This document shows, in pieces, positions 34,369-44,021 of a DNA stretch of 64,000 nucleotides. Source of the DNA: an uncultured archaeon (lineage in GTDB: Archaea; Asgardarchaeota; Heimdallarchaeia; Heimdallarchaeales; Kariarchaeaceae); assembly GCA_964645535.1 (NCBI GenBank), contig CAZYCQ010000008.1, positions 3,013-67,012 of the forward strand, written 5' to 3'. Both the position numbers and the translations under genes were made by a program. Position 1 is the stretch's first letter; each line of letters opens with the position of its first letter. The notes beneath the pieces are model-generated. The model did not search any database and had not been told where the DNA came from. It saw nothing but the letters and a program-made list of their open reading frames with translations.

Positions 34369-36279
34369 TTATTGCTTCCTTTTATTTCGGATTAGGTTCG
34401 ATATGAAAAGCCCAATCTTTACGCCTATCAATAAGATCGGCACACCAAAAAGGTTGATCAGCCAGAATTGTATCCTTTTTTCATTTTGTAGAGGGTTCAA
34501 CCCCAATTTTGGTTCTAAGGAGTCCTGAATCCCATCTCCATCCGTATCCGCCTTCAAAGGCGAAGTTTTAGACGTTAAAAGTTCATACCCATCAGACCAC
34601 CCATCCCCATCTGTATCATTTATCAAGGGATTTGTAAAGTAAAGCAGAACTTCATCCTTATCCGAAATCCCATCATGATCTGTATCAGGATTTAAAGGAT
34701 CGATACCACGGGAATGTTCGAAGAAATCATCAAGACCATCTTGGTCAGTGTCTGAAGAGTTAAGAAGCAGACCGAGATTAAATTCATCATAATCAGACAA
34801 TCCATCTTGATCGGAATCACTAATGAATGGATTGCTGAATAGCCGATATTCTTTTTGATTGGACAACCCATCACCATCTTCATCTCCTATAGGATTATAG
34901 AGTCTCATGACAAAGGAAATGGGAGTTTCCAGCAAAGAACCATCGCCATTCGGGAAATTGGCTCCAGTTGTCAGTCCAGTTATAAAAACATCATTTTGAT
35001 AGATTTCAAGATTGAATGGTAGATCCACCCCATTTGACCAGAGAAGATTATTGGAGACAGATATTCCAGAAGAGTTCAAGATTAGTAGATAAATGGATGA
35101 AGCATCGTTCGTTTCAAAGCCATAGCCATCATCGGAATTAAATCGAATGTTATTGCTCGAATGACCTAAGATGTAAATTTGATCATTCAAGAAGACGGCA
35201 TCAGAGATGTACTCATCACCAATTGACCCGTATTGGTTGTAATCGATGATATCAAGGGATTTGTTTATTGTGAGCAGATGGATATCAGAATTGGAAGTTG
35301 TTTGTCCATTAGATGGGTTTCTGTTGGAATAAGACAGTAGAATGAGGTTGTCATCGATTTCATCCATCCACATAGGACTGTCCAAGAGAGGAAGGACAGA
35401 TGCATTCTCAAGTGAAACTGAGTTTATGGAAGGGTTATATTCGAAAATGAAATTCTTCAGATCTGTTTGGGAGATGACTGTTGAGTTGGAAAGACCCGTT
35501 AGAATTACTGATTGATTGAAGATAGCGACTTGTTCTATAGAATCGAAACCATCACCCCCTATGAAAGTACTGGTTTTTACATTTCCATCAACGGAAATTG
35601 TTAAAATAAATCCATCCGCACTTCCATTCAGAAAAGTGTCTGTAGGATTTACAAGAGGAAAGTCATCTGAATTGGTGCTGCCAACTATGTGAATTTCTTG
35701 CTTTGTTTCATCAAAAAAGACATCATGAATACTTTCATTCCCGGAACCACCCCAATATGAGCTTTGTGTGATGTTCCCCTCAGAAGATATCTTCGCAAAG
35801 AAAAGATCTGTTCCACCAGAATATGATGAAGAGTTCACAGGAAGGTCAGGCGAGTCTGTGAGTCCGGTAATTAATATAGAGGAATCTGGCAAACCCACTA
35901 CATCAAACAATGTTTCATTCCCGGATCCTCCAAAATACCTGAACCAAGTGAATCTCGTTTTATCGAATTGAGAAATCAGGATATCGAGCCCTCCAGCGAG
36001 AGGTGAAAGAGGAGAAGACCGGATAAAGGAGCCAAAATCCATATGTGTTTCAGGATTATATGTGCCAACGAAAAATTGTGTATCAGGAGAAACATGGTGG
36101 ATGAATGGGATAAAGGGATCGTTCAAAGAATTTGCAAATTCTAGTTTTGAATGGATCGGGAAAAAATCATTTTGAAAAGAGAAAAACGCTTCGTTTCCTC
36201 CATTTTGCCCTTGAACACCAATAGGGAGGAATTGGGAAAAGAAAAGCATCAGAACAAGAACAACAACATACGCTTTCAT
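34369..36279 (-). CDS. anchored surface protein: signal peptide, SBBP-type beta-propeller repeats, thrombospondin type-3-like Ca-binding repeats, C-terminal TM plus basic tail
   Basis: Signal MKAYVVVLVLMLFFSQFLPIGVQG. Repeated GGSGNE..D...D.....I.GST.S.DFPL blocks (SBBP-like). Seven DxDxDGxxDxxE repeats at residues 466-598. C-terminal FWLINLFGVPILLIGVKIGLFISNLIRNKRKQ. Confidence 0.7.
   Translation of the reverse strand: MKAYVVVLVLMLFFSQFLPIGVQGQNGGNEAFFSFQNDFFPIHSKLEFANSLNDPFIPFIHHVSPDTQFFVGTYNPETHMDFGSFIRSSPLSPLAGGLDILISQFDKTRFTWFRYFGGSGNETLFDVVGLPDSSILITGLTDSPDLPVNSSSYSGGTDLFFAKISSEGNITQSSYWGGSGNESIHDVFFDETKQEIHIVGSTNSDDFPLVNPTDTFLNGSADGFILTISVDGNVKTSTFIGGDGFDSIEQVAIFNQSVILTGLSNSTVISQTDLKNFIFEYNPSINSVSLENASVLPLLDSPMWMDEIDDNLILLSYSNRNPSNGQTTSNSDIHLLTINKSLDIIDYNQYGSIGDEYISDAVFLNDQIYILGHSSNNIRFNSDDGYGFETNDASSIYLLILNSSGISVSNNLLWSNGVDLPFNLEIYQNDVFITGLTTGANFPNGDGSLLETPISFVMRLYNPIGDEDGDGLSNQKEYRLFSNPFISDSDQDGLSDYDEFNLGLLLNSSDTDQDGLDDFFEHSRGIDPLNPDTDHDGISDKDEVLLYFTNPLINDTDGDGWSDGYELLTSKTSPLKADTDGDGIQDSLEPKLGLNPLQNEKRIQFWLINLFGVPILLIGVKIGLFISNLIRNKRKQ
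34486..34884 (-). repeat. array of about 7 thrombospondin type-3-like acidic repeats (DxDxDGxxDxxE)
   Basis: DEDGDGLSNQKE, DSDQDGLSDYDE, DTDQDGLDDFFE, DTDHDGISDKDE, DTDGDGWSDGYE, DTDGDGIQDSLE, read directly from the translation. Confidence 0.8.
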
Positions 36280-38067
36280 TCATTGCTCACCTCCCAAAAG
36301 TTTATACTCATCCCAATTTGTACTTACTTTCAATTGACTGTGGAATGGCAGATTGGAACTGAAGAAAAAGAAGCCTTTTGGTGCCTTGATCACATTGAAT
36401 GTTAAAATGAGAAGATGAAGGACGGCAAACACGAAAAAGGAGACCTGCCCAATAAATATCCATAATTGACTACTGCTCATGCTGTTCACCATATTCCAAT
36501 CAGTGCGAATTGCAAAGAATTCAAGAATTGACAACATGACCAAAAATGCATTGGATGCAACCAATACCAACACCTCTAAAAAAAGAACAGAGAGGAAAGT
36601 CATTCGGATGAATCTTAACAAACTTTCTTTGAGATCCAAGAATCCCCTTTCCCGGAACATTTTAAATTCATTTTTCATTCGTTCTTCATCAAACATTGTG
36701 AACAAGGTTCCTTCTTTGAAAACCGTAATAACCCAATTTTTCGTTATTTTTCGAATATGAGAACCCATTAACTTGATGTCTTGAATCATTAGATCATCTT
36801 GGATATAGGTAACATCACGGAAAAAGTATAATAAAATAAAATGAACAACAAATGGAACAAAGGAAAGAAGAAGAGGATAAAGATAGAAATTGGAGAGAAT
36901 CTCCTGTAGGTATAAAAGACCTAAAATCCAAACCCCAGTCAGTAATTGGGTGATGAGAAGAGTACCATACTCTGAAAAATATGTAAGATCAATGATATTC
37001 TCCTTGGGAACATCAGGGGCGGTAATGGTGAATTGAATTTCTTCAGAAGAGAAGTTGAGGTTCCTAAGAAGATCATTCAGGAAATTGGCAAGATTCTTTA
37101 TCATTAAAGGAGGAGTTTGGAAGATAATCGAAGAAGCATCAAAAAAACCGATCCTGATCGTTTCGATGGAATTTTCATATATGGAAAAGGAATTGAGAAT
37201 CACTAAGGTTCCTATTGCTAGAACAACAGACCTAAATGTCAGGTAACTGAGATCGGTAAGATAAAGATAATGTTCATAATGAAAGATCAAAACGAAGAAG
37301 ATAAACAAGAAGAAAGCCCCGAATAAGGCAAAAAGAAAAATAATGGGAGCTAGGATGAATTTAGTCAGAGTGCTGATTCCGTTGAGTATAAGTTCAGAAG
37401 ATTTATTTTTTGAGATTTGGATACCCTGTACACCTTCCTCCAATCGGAGGGAAAATACAGCGGGGTTCTGGCGAATGGAAGGAATTAGGGAAAAAAGCAC
37501 AAGAAGAAGTGAAAGGAAGATAATTGGGTCTTTTAGAACATTCATCGAGAAAGCAATAACATATAGAAAAATTAATCGAAGTATTTTGGAAATTAGTTGA
37601 ATGGTTTCCAATTGGAATTGATCTTCCAATTTTGGATCACGGTATCCATAAAGCATATTTCCCTCAATTATTAGACACATTATCGGTTTCGGCTCAAAAC
37701 TTTGGATTACAATTGTTCCGATTTTTTTATAGAGATAAAAATAAACCACTGAGGAAAGGAGGAATTGAAACAATATAAAATTGGGAAAAACAGGATTGTC
37801 AGTTCCATAAAGAAATGCCATCAATGAATAAAACAATGGTCCGGAAAGATCTGGAGTAATAGTACCGATGATTGAGGCATATGCACTTGATGAATTCAGA
37901 TAGGTTATGAAGATGAGGAATTGTGAGAAAAAAGGCAACATAAGTGCAACAGAACCCAAAATTTTGTTCGAGGCAATGGGTTTGCTATGGTGGTAAATTC
38001 TCCCATCACCTTTAAGGGACAAAGAGATAATGGAGTTTAAAGTCTCAGCAGGGTTCATTTTTGTCAC
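36280..38067 (-). CDS. large polytopic membrane protein (595 aa, at least 12 TM), function unknown
   Basis: The ORF abuts the downstream gene (its stop codon at 36280-36282 directly adjoins ATG 36279) and overlaps the upstream gene by 4 nt. Hydrophobic throughout. No transporter signature recognised. Confidence 0.6.
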   Translation of the reverse strand: MTKMNPAETLNSIISLSLKGDGRIYHHSKPIASNKILGSVALMLPFFSQFLIFITYLNSSSAYASIIGTITPDLSGPLFYSLMAFLYGTDNPVFPNFILFQFLLSSVVYFYLYKKIGTIVIQSFEPKPIMCLIIEGNMLYGYRDPKLEDQFQLETIQLISKILRLIFLYVIAFSMNVLKDPIIFLSLLLVLFSLIPSIRQNPAVFSLRLEEGVQGIQISKNKSSELILNGISTLTKFILAPIIFLFALFGAFFLFIFFVLIFHYEHYLYLTDLSYLTFRSVVLAIGTLVILNSFSIYENSIETIRIGFFDASSIIFQTPPLMIKNLANFLNDLLRNLNFSSEEIQFTITAPDVPKENIIDLTYFSEYGTLLITQLLTGVWILGLLYLQEILSNFYLYPLLLSFVPFVVHFILLYFFRDVTYIQDDLMIQDIKLMGSHIRKITKNWVITVFKEGTLFTMFDEERMKNEFKMFRERGFLDLKESLLRFIRMTFLSVLFLEVLVLVASNAFLVMLSILEFFAIRTDWNMVNSMSSSQLWIFIGQVSFFVFAVLHLLILTFNVIKAPKGFFFFSSNLPFHSQLKVSTNWDEYKLLGGEQ

Positions 38068-38672
38068 TCACCAAGCTTTTCTAACAGAAAACGGACGAGA
38101 TTTTCATCGGGATTGACAATCTTGAATCGAATATTGGAATTGAAGGTCTCGACCTCAATGGTTTTTGCAAATGGATCCAAGAACTTGACAATGGAAACAA
38201 GGAAATTGACAACAGAAATTATTAATTGGCTATCCCCAACCAAAGAGGTGTATGATGTAGGTGTCAAACCAGTCAATAAGAAAATCACTGCGGCAACGAG
38301 CCAAACGATCCTTTTATGACCGCCTCGATACCGAAGACTCATCAGACCTTCGACATTGATTTTCGTGAATCCCTTCACTTGAGAAACGAATTCTTCAAGT
38401 AACGTTCTTGGCATGAAATCCCGAAAAACGACAGAGTTGTCGTCTGCGTAAACCAATTGCTTCCGAAAAGAGTGTAAAGCAAAACCGATCAGAAACGGAA
38501 GCAATACTAGAGCGCTTAAAAAGTCCCTATTGATCAAAAAATAAATAGACGTGACAAGATAGGAGAAGACACTCCCCAAATTGACTTTTTCAGGATTCCA
38601 TTCAAATTCCTCAGCAAGTGGTTCAAGGTGACCTGCCAACAGTTTGGTTTCGTAGTACGTTTCAAAGTTCAT
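38064..38672 (-). CDS. membrane protein (202 aa, about 4 TM), function unknown
   Basis: 4-nt overlaps at both ends (38669-38672 and 38064-38067) indicate translational coupling within the four-gene operon. Confidence 0.55.
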   Translation of the reverse strand: MNFETYYETKLLAGHLEPLAEEFEWNPEKVNLGSVFSYLVTSIYFLINRDFLSALVLLPFLIGFALHSFRKQLVYADDNSVVFRDFMPRTLLEEFVSQVKGFTKINVEGLMSLRYRGGHKRIVWLVAAVIFLLTGLTPTSYTSLVGDSQLIISVVNFLVSIVKFLDPFAKTIEVETFNSNIRFKIVNPDENLVRFLLEKLGE

Positions 38673-41056
38673 TTTAATGGTTTCACCTCCATTTGTTCTA
38701 ATTTCCCAGCCAATTGGTCAAGAAGTCTCTTAAGTAGTTCAATGTTAGAGTTATTTTTATATATTGGATGGGAGGAAATGGTTTCAATGATGCCATACAA
38801 GTTCTTGCATCTTGTGTTCAGGTATTCAGCAGTTGAAATGGAAGCCAACACTTTCAATTGAATGAAATTTTGTTGTATTGGATCATCCATTGGATCGGTC
38901 TGCGTGATTGTTGACATGATGGCAAATGCTGGAAGAAGAGGGAGAAGGATAAGCCAGTGAGGACGGCGATCTTTTATTGAAACAAGTTCAACAATGATTG
39001 ACCGCAATATCCGAATAACCATCTCAGGAGAAAGGGTTTCTGATGCCAAAGCAGACCTCAAAAGAGAAATGGATCGAATTTTGACCGATCGTTTTGTTTT
39101 GATGTGAGGTAGATAGAGATAGTAGTAGAAAATAAACGAGATCAAGATATAACCAATAAATATTAACAGAGGAAAGAATTGCAAATAAATGGAAGTATGA
39201 GGATCCAAAAAGAGGTTCATTTCAAGTCCATCATTGATTGAATCACCATCAGTATCAGGATCCAGAGGATCCAGACCTAAAATGATTTCTTCATTTGAAT
39301 TTAAACCATCATTGTCTGGATCTAAATTACTTGACTTGGGAAATAGATGGAAATTGTTTTCTTCGTTGTCAGGAATGAAATTGATGTTGCAGTCCCTGTT
39401 TAAGTCATTCATTCCCAAATTCAGTTCTTCTTCGAAGGTATATCCATCCTGATCTTTATCAACACCGACATCTGAATAATTGGAAACTCCTCCGAATTGA
39501 AATTCTTGAAGATCCGTAAAGGTATCATTATCGCTATCCAAAAGAGTATCATCACTTTTGAAATAGTTTTCCTGGATTGCCAACAGACCATCCCTGTCTT
39601 GGTCAATAAGAAGCGTATCCGGAATTTGAAATCCCAACAATAAATTTGGAGTAAATTCATAGGGGCGTTCTGTTTTCAGGTCAACAGTAATAGACATGAA
39701 ACCGACAAATTTCAGAGGATTCTCATTCTCAATCGAACGACCAGGAACTTCATTCAGGAATTGAATGAATGAATCATTTGACCAATAGTTAATCACGATT
39801 CCTTCATGATGTGGAATCTCGAATGCATAAGTAACTAAATTACGTGTGAGAACGGTAACTAAAGCAGAATCTGCAATGACTAACTCATTGAAACCATCAT
39901 CATTAATATCAGTTAGAATTAGAGGGGGGGAGGAAATAACAAAATTATTCAGCAATGGAATAGAAAGAAATGTGTGATTGGAAACCAAAAATATTTCATT
40001 TTTTGCAATTACCAAAGTTTCAAGTTCACCACTTCCAGTGAAATAAACATCAGGAATTAATCGATAATTTACCTTCGTTTGAAAAAGAGATCTAATGATT
40101 TGCTCTAACTGAATATTCCGGAAATATGGAATAATTGTTCCATTTGGGAAAAGCATTCCCAATTCAAGCCGTTTATTATTGTCCCTACGAATCAACTGAA
40201 CCAGACGATAATATGAATTCCGATAAAAAAGAGGATCAGACAATATTGTTAGATCCACATATTGATCATAGGTCAAACAGTTCCCTAGTGCAAATTCATT
40301 CAATTCACAGAATAAATAAGTAGGCGGGAGTAGATCCATGTCATTATTAGTGGATGTGTTAAAATAAGCAAATTGCACCAAAAATTTCGGGGTAATGCCA
40401 GGGAAGCCGACTATATTTGTGATATTCGTGGTTAAACCGCCAGTCATTATTGGAGAACTATTCAACAAATTAAGATCATAATCGAAAATCCTAAGAGAAG
40501 AATTTATGTTGACGACGAATTCGGTTGATCCATCGTGATTCAGGTCATTAACCCAAATTTTGTCTGGTGAATTGAAAGATTGTCGGTCTTTTAGAAGAGT
40601 GAAACTGACATTATTTAATTCTGCATCCAATCGTTCATAAACATCAATACCATTGAGGGTGTAGAAAATCCCCAATTGAGATTGACCATTTACAGATATT
40701 GTAAAGAGTTTGTTCTTATCTAGATGAACCTCTGTTGAATTTCTAAGAAATCGCAATTGATAATATCTTGTTTGGAAATATGACTGAAGAATATCATTGT
40801 TTCCAAGAACAAAGATAGGATCATTTTCTGACAAAGTAAAATTGTTAATAAGGGCATTGTTCTCAGGAAATGAAAGATTGTCGGTGTCTGGAAAAAAGAG
40901 ATACTTTTGGACATGGATTTGTTTTTTCCCAAATGAATTGTAATTTTCTGGAAACTGACTTTTGGGAAGAAGAAATGAGGCGTACCCAACAAGGAGTAGG
41001 AGACCAAGGAAAATTGTGGGAAAAACATACCGATTGAGCTTGTAATGACCCATCAT
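38669..41056 (-). CDS. anchored surface protein: N-terminal signal/anchor, large beta-rich ectodomain with FG-GAP/VCBS-like motifs, thrombospondin type-3-like repeats, TM segment and ~150-aa cytoplasmic tail
   Basis: N-terminus YVFPTIFLGLLLLVGYASFLL. FG-GAP-like VNDLNHDGSTEFVVN and TDINDDGFNELVIAD. Acidic repeats DQDRDGLLAIQE, DKDQDGYTFEEE, DPDNDGLNSNEE, DPDTDGDSINDGLE at residues 485-619. TM LQFFPLLIFIGYILISFIFYYYLYL. Confidence 0.65.
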   Translation of the reverse strand: MMGHYKLNRYVFPTIFLGLLLLVGYASFLLPKSQFPENYNSFGKKQIHVQKYLFFPDTDNLSFPENNALINNFTLSENDPIFVLGNNDILQSYFQTRYYQLRFLRNSTEVHLDKNKLFTISVNGQSQLGIFYTLNGIDVYERLDAELNNVSFTLLKDRQSFNSPDKIWVNDLNHDGSTEFVVNINSSLRIFDYDLNLLNSSPIMTGGLTTNITNIVGFPGITPKFLVQFAYFNTSTNNDMDLLPPTYLFCELNEFALGNCLTYDQYVDLTILSDPLFYRNSYYRLVQLIRRDNNKRLELGMLFPNGTIIPYFRNIQLEQIIRSLFQTKVNYRLIPDVYFTGSGELETLVIAKNEIFLVSNHTFLSIPLLNNFVISSPPLILTDINDDGFNELVIADSALVTVLTRNLVTYAFEIPHHEGIVINYWSNDSFIQFLNEVPGRSIENENPLKFVGFMSITVDLKTERPYEFTPNLLLGFQIPDTLLIDQDRDGLLAIQENYFKSDDTLLDSDNDTFTDLQEFQFGGVSNYSDVGVDKDQDGYTFEEELNLGMNDLNRDCNINFIPDNEENNFHLFPKSSNLDPDNDGLNSNEEIILGLDPLDPDTDGDSINDGLEMNLFLDPHTSIYLQFFPLLIFIGYILISFIFYYYLYLPHIKTKRSVKIRSISLLRSALASETLSPEMVIRILRSIIVELVSIKDRRPHWLILLPLLPAFAIMSTITQTDPMDDPIQQNFIQLKVLASISTAEYLNTRCKNLYGIIETISSHPIYKNNSNIELLKRLLDQLAGKLEQMEVKPLK
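39200..39604 (-). repeat. array of thrombospondin type-3-like acidic repeats
   Basis: Repeated D-x-D-x-D-G-x-x-x-x-x-E units read directly from the translation of 38669..41056. Confidence 0.7.
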
Positions 41057-41264
41057 ATTGACAAGAGACAGAATATTAATAAATAAGGTTCATTTGAATT
41101 TTTATTCCTAACCGAAATTTTTTTTACCGAAGTTGAGGAGTTCATCGATCATGAACCATTGAAAGTGATGGAGGTAGTAGATACATAGCTTTAATCCCAT
41201 ATCAAAGTCTTCTATTCGGCGTATTAGAAACAATATTTTATAATGGAGAGGAAGAAGTGAGCTT

Positions 41265-43991
41265 GTGCTATCCAAGACCTACGTGCCTAAAGAATTTGAA
41301 AGTGATATCTACAAGTGGTGGAATGAAAACGGATATTTCAAGCCGGAAACCCTTGTAGAAAAAGGCATCATTCCGAAGGATGCCGAACCCTTCTGCATCA
41401 CCATCCCACCACCCAACGTCACAGGAGTTTTGCACCTCGGTCATGCCATGACCATTGCAATTGAGGATTTGATGATACGGTATGCAAGAATGCAGGGAAA
41501 GAAAGCACTGTTTATCCCGGGATGCGATCATGCAGGAATTGCTACGCAAAATGTGGTGGAACGAGAGCTTTTGAAAAAGGGGATCAGAAGAAAGGAACTG
41601 GGACGTGAAAAATTCTTGGAAGAGGTCTGGAAATGGAAGGAACATTCCCATCGCATTATCACAGAACAATTGATCAAGTTAGGCCTAAGTTCCGACTGGG
41701 ATCGTGAACGTTTTACCATGGATGACATGCTTTCACAGGCAGTCCGAGAGGCATTTGTTACTCTGTATGAACGGGGATTGATTTATAGGGGCAATTATCT
41801 GGTCAACTGGTGTCCGGGACGATGTGAATCTGCAATCTCCGATTTGGAAGCAGAGCCTAAGGAAATTGAAGGGAAACTGTATACAATAAGATACCCGATA
41901 AAAACAGATGAATGGAACGAGCCTAAAGGAGAATGGGGATCCGGCAAGTGGGCTGAAGGTGCAAAGGAATTCATAGAAGTGGCCACAACCAGACCTGAAA
42001 CGTTGTTGGGAGATTCTGCGGTGGCAGTTCCTCCAGGAGGTGGAAAATTTGGGAGTTTTGTTGGCAAAACCGCAATACTACCGGTCTTGGGAAGGGAAAT
42101 TCCAATTATCGAGGATCAGCATGTTGATGCGGAATTTGGAACTGGGGCTGTGAAGGTTACACCTGCACATGACTTCAATGATTATGAAATCGGAAAAAGG
42201 CACAACCTTCCGATGTATTCCATATTTGATGAAAAATCAGTTCTCCTTGAGGAATATGGAGGAAAATATGCTGGGATGGATCGCTTTGAGGCACGTAAGG
42301 CAATTGTGGAAGATCTAAAGAAGGAAGGCCTGCTTGTTAAAGTAGAAGATTATACGCATATGGTTCCCCACTGTCAGAGATGTCATACTATTGTTGAACC
42401 AAGAAATTCCCTTCAATGGTTTGTGAAGACCAAGCCTCTTGCGAAAAAGGTCATCGATCTCATTGAGACGGAAGGAATGGAATTCATTCCGCCAAAAATG
42501 AAAGACCGATTATACCAATGGATCAATCCGGAAACGATACGGGACTGGTGTATTTCCCGCCAGCTTTGGTGGGGACATAGGATACCAATTTGGTACTGCA
42601 ATGACTGTGACGGGGTGACAACAGGAAGAGAAGACCCAACAACCTGTTCCAAATGTGGCGGACCCAACATCTACCAAGAAGAGGATGTTCTTGACACATG
42701 GTTCTCATCAGGTCTTTGGCCATTTTCAACATTGGGATGGCCTCAGGAAACTGAAGATTTCAAGGAATTTTTCCCCAATGACATTAGAGAGACCGGATAT
42801 GACATCATCTTTTTCTGGATTGCAAGGGAACTCATGCTTTCGGCAGAATTGACTGGGCGGCTTCCCTATAAGGTCACCTATTATCATGGCCTCATCAGGG
42901 ATGAGCATGGGAAGAAAATCAGCAAATCCATGGAAAACATAGATGAGTATGATCCTCTCAATTTCATTGAAAAGTTCGGTGCAGACACACTGAGATACAC
43001 ATTGGTCATTTATTCAACCCCTGGTCTTGACACGAATCTTGACCCCAAAAACATTGAGGGGAGCCATAAATTTGGGAATAAGATTTGGCAGGCAGTCAGG
43101 TTCATTTTGGGAAATCTCCAAGAAGATTTCAAATATACACCACCAAAGGCATCAGACAACCTTACGACAGCTGATCGATGGATACTCTATGAAACCAACA
43201 AGATGGTGGAAAGAGTCACAGATTACATGAATGGTTACAATTACCTTGAAGCAGGACGAGAAATCCGTCGTTTCTTCTGGAATCTATTTGCAGACTGGTA
43301 CATTGAGATCAGCAAACTCAGAATCTATGAGAAAAACTACACAGAAATTGACCCAAGACATGTCCTGATCTACACGATCGACAGAATTCTGAGGGTTTTG
43401 CATCCATTCATGCCATTCATGACTGAGAAGCTCTGGCAAGCACTTCCACAAGAGGTTCACGACCAGGAAGCCTTAATGGTTGCCAGATGGCCGAAAATTG
43501 ATAAGGAATTCCTGTCTTTTGATCAAGGAGAACTTTTCGAACGTTTCATGGATACTGTGGGAATGATCAGAAGGATCAGGGGAGAATTCAACATCCCCTA
43601 CAACAAGGACATGACAGTACTGGTTTCTGCTGGCCCTTGGGAAACAGGCTTGCAATCTCTTTCGACGGAGATCAAGAGCCTTACCAAGACAAAAAGGTTA
43701 GAGATCTCAAAGACAATCAATGCACCCAAAAAATCCATTACAGCAGTTACAGGAGACATTACCGTTTACATACCTATGGAAGGACTCATAGAGATTGATG
43801 CAGAAATTGCGAGAATTGACAAAGAATTGCAGAAACTGGAAAAACAGATTGGATCAATTGAAAGGAAGCTTTCATCGGAATTTGCAAAACGAGCACCTCC
43901 TGAATTGGTTGAAAAAGAAAAGAACAAGCTGGAGGAATTGAAGGTGGCAAAATCCGAACTTCAAGGCAAACGGGCACAGCTTTCAGAGTAG
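41265..43991 (+). CDS. valS: valine--tRNA ligase
   Basis: Class I motifs PPPNVTGVLHLGHAM (HIGH) and KISKSMEN (KMSKS). Also the CP1 editing region TRPETLLGDSAVAV and the Zn-type CxxC pairs. C-terminal coiled coil IDKELQKLEKQIGSIERKLSSEFAKRAPPELVEKEKNKLEEL. GTG start. Confidence 0.95.
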   Translation: MLSKTYVPKEFESDIYKWWNENGYFKPETLVEKGIIPKDAEPFCITIPPPNVTGVLHLGHAMTIAIEDLMIRYARMQGKKALFIPGCDHAGIATQNVVERELLKKGIRRKELGREKFLEEVWKWKEHSHRIITEQLIKLGLSSDWDRERFTMDDMLSQAVREAFVTLYERGLIYRGNYLVNWCPGRCESAISDLEAEPKEIEGKLYTIRYPIKTDEWNEPKGEWGSGKWAEGAKEFIEVATTRPETLLGDSAVAVPPGGGKFGSFVGKTAILPVLGREIPIIEDQHVDAEFGTGAVKVTPAHDFNDYEIGKRHNLPMYSIFDEKSVLLEEYGGKYAGMDRFEARKAIVEDLKKEGLLVKVEDYTHMVPHCQRCHTIVEPRNSLQWFVKTKPLAKKVIDLIETEGMEFIPPKMKDRLYQWINPETIRDWCISRQLWWGHRIPIWYCNDCDGVTTGREDPTTCSKCGGPNIYQEEDVLDTWFSSGLWPFSTLGWPQETEDFKEFFPNDIRETGYDIIFFWIARELMLSAELTGRLPYKVTYYHGLIRDEHGKKISKSMENIDEYDPLNFIEKFGADTLRYTLVIYSTPGLDTNLDPKNIEGSHKFGNKIWQAVRFILGNLQEDFKYTPPKASDNLTTADRWILYETNKMVERVTDYMNGYNYLEAGREIRRFFWNLFADWYIEISKLRIYEKNYTEIDPRHVLIYTIDRILRVLHPFMPFMTEKLWQALPQEVHDQEALMVARWPKIDKEFLSFDQGELFERFMDTVGMIRRIRGEFNIPYNKDMTVLVSAGPWETGLQSLSTEIKSLTKTKRLEISKTINAPKKSITAVTGDITVYIPMEGLIEIDAEIARIDKELQKLEKQIGSIERKLSSEFAKRAPPELVEKEKNKLEELKVAKSELQGKRAQLSE

Positions 43992-44021
43992 CCTAATATA
44001 GATCAAGAATAATGGGAAGAC

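Noticed and set aside
41234-41244. TATTTTATAAT upstream of valS as a leaderless-type TATA box
   Set aside because: A GGAGAGG SD-like element lies between it and the GTG start, so the spacing logic used for the other promoters does not hold. It is left unannotated.
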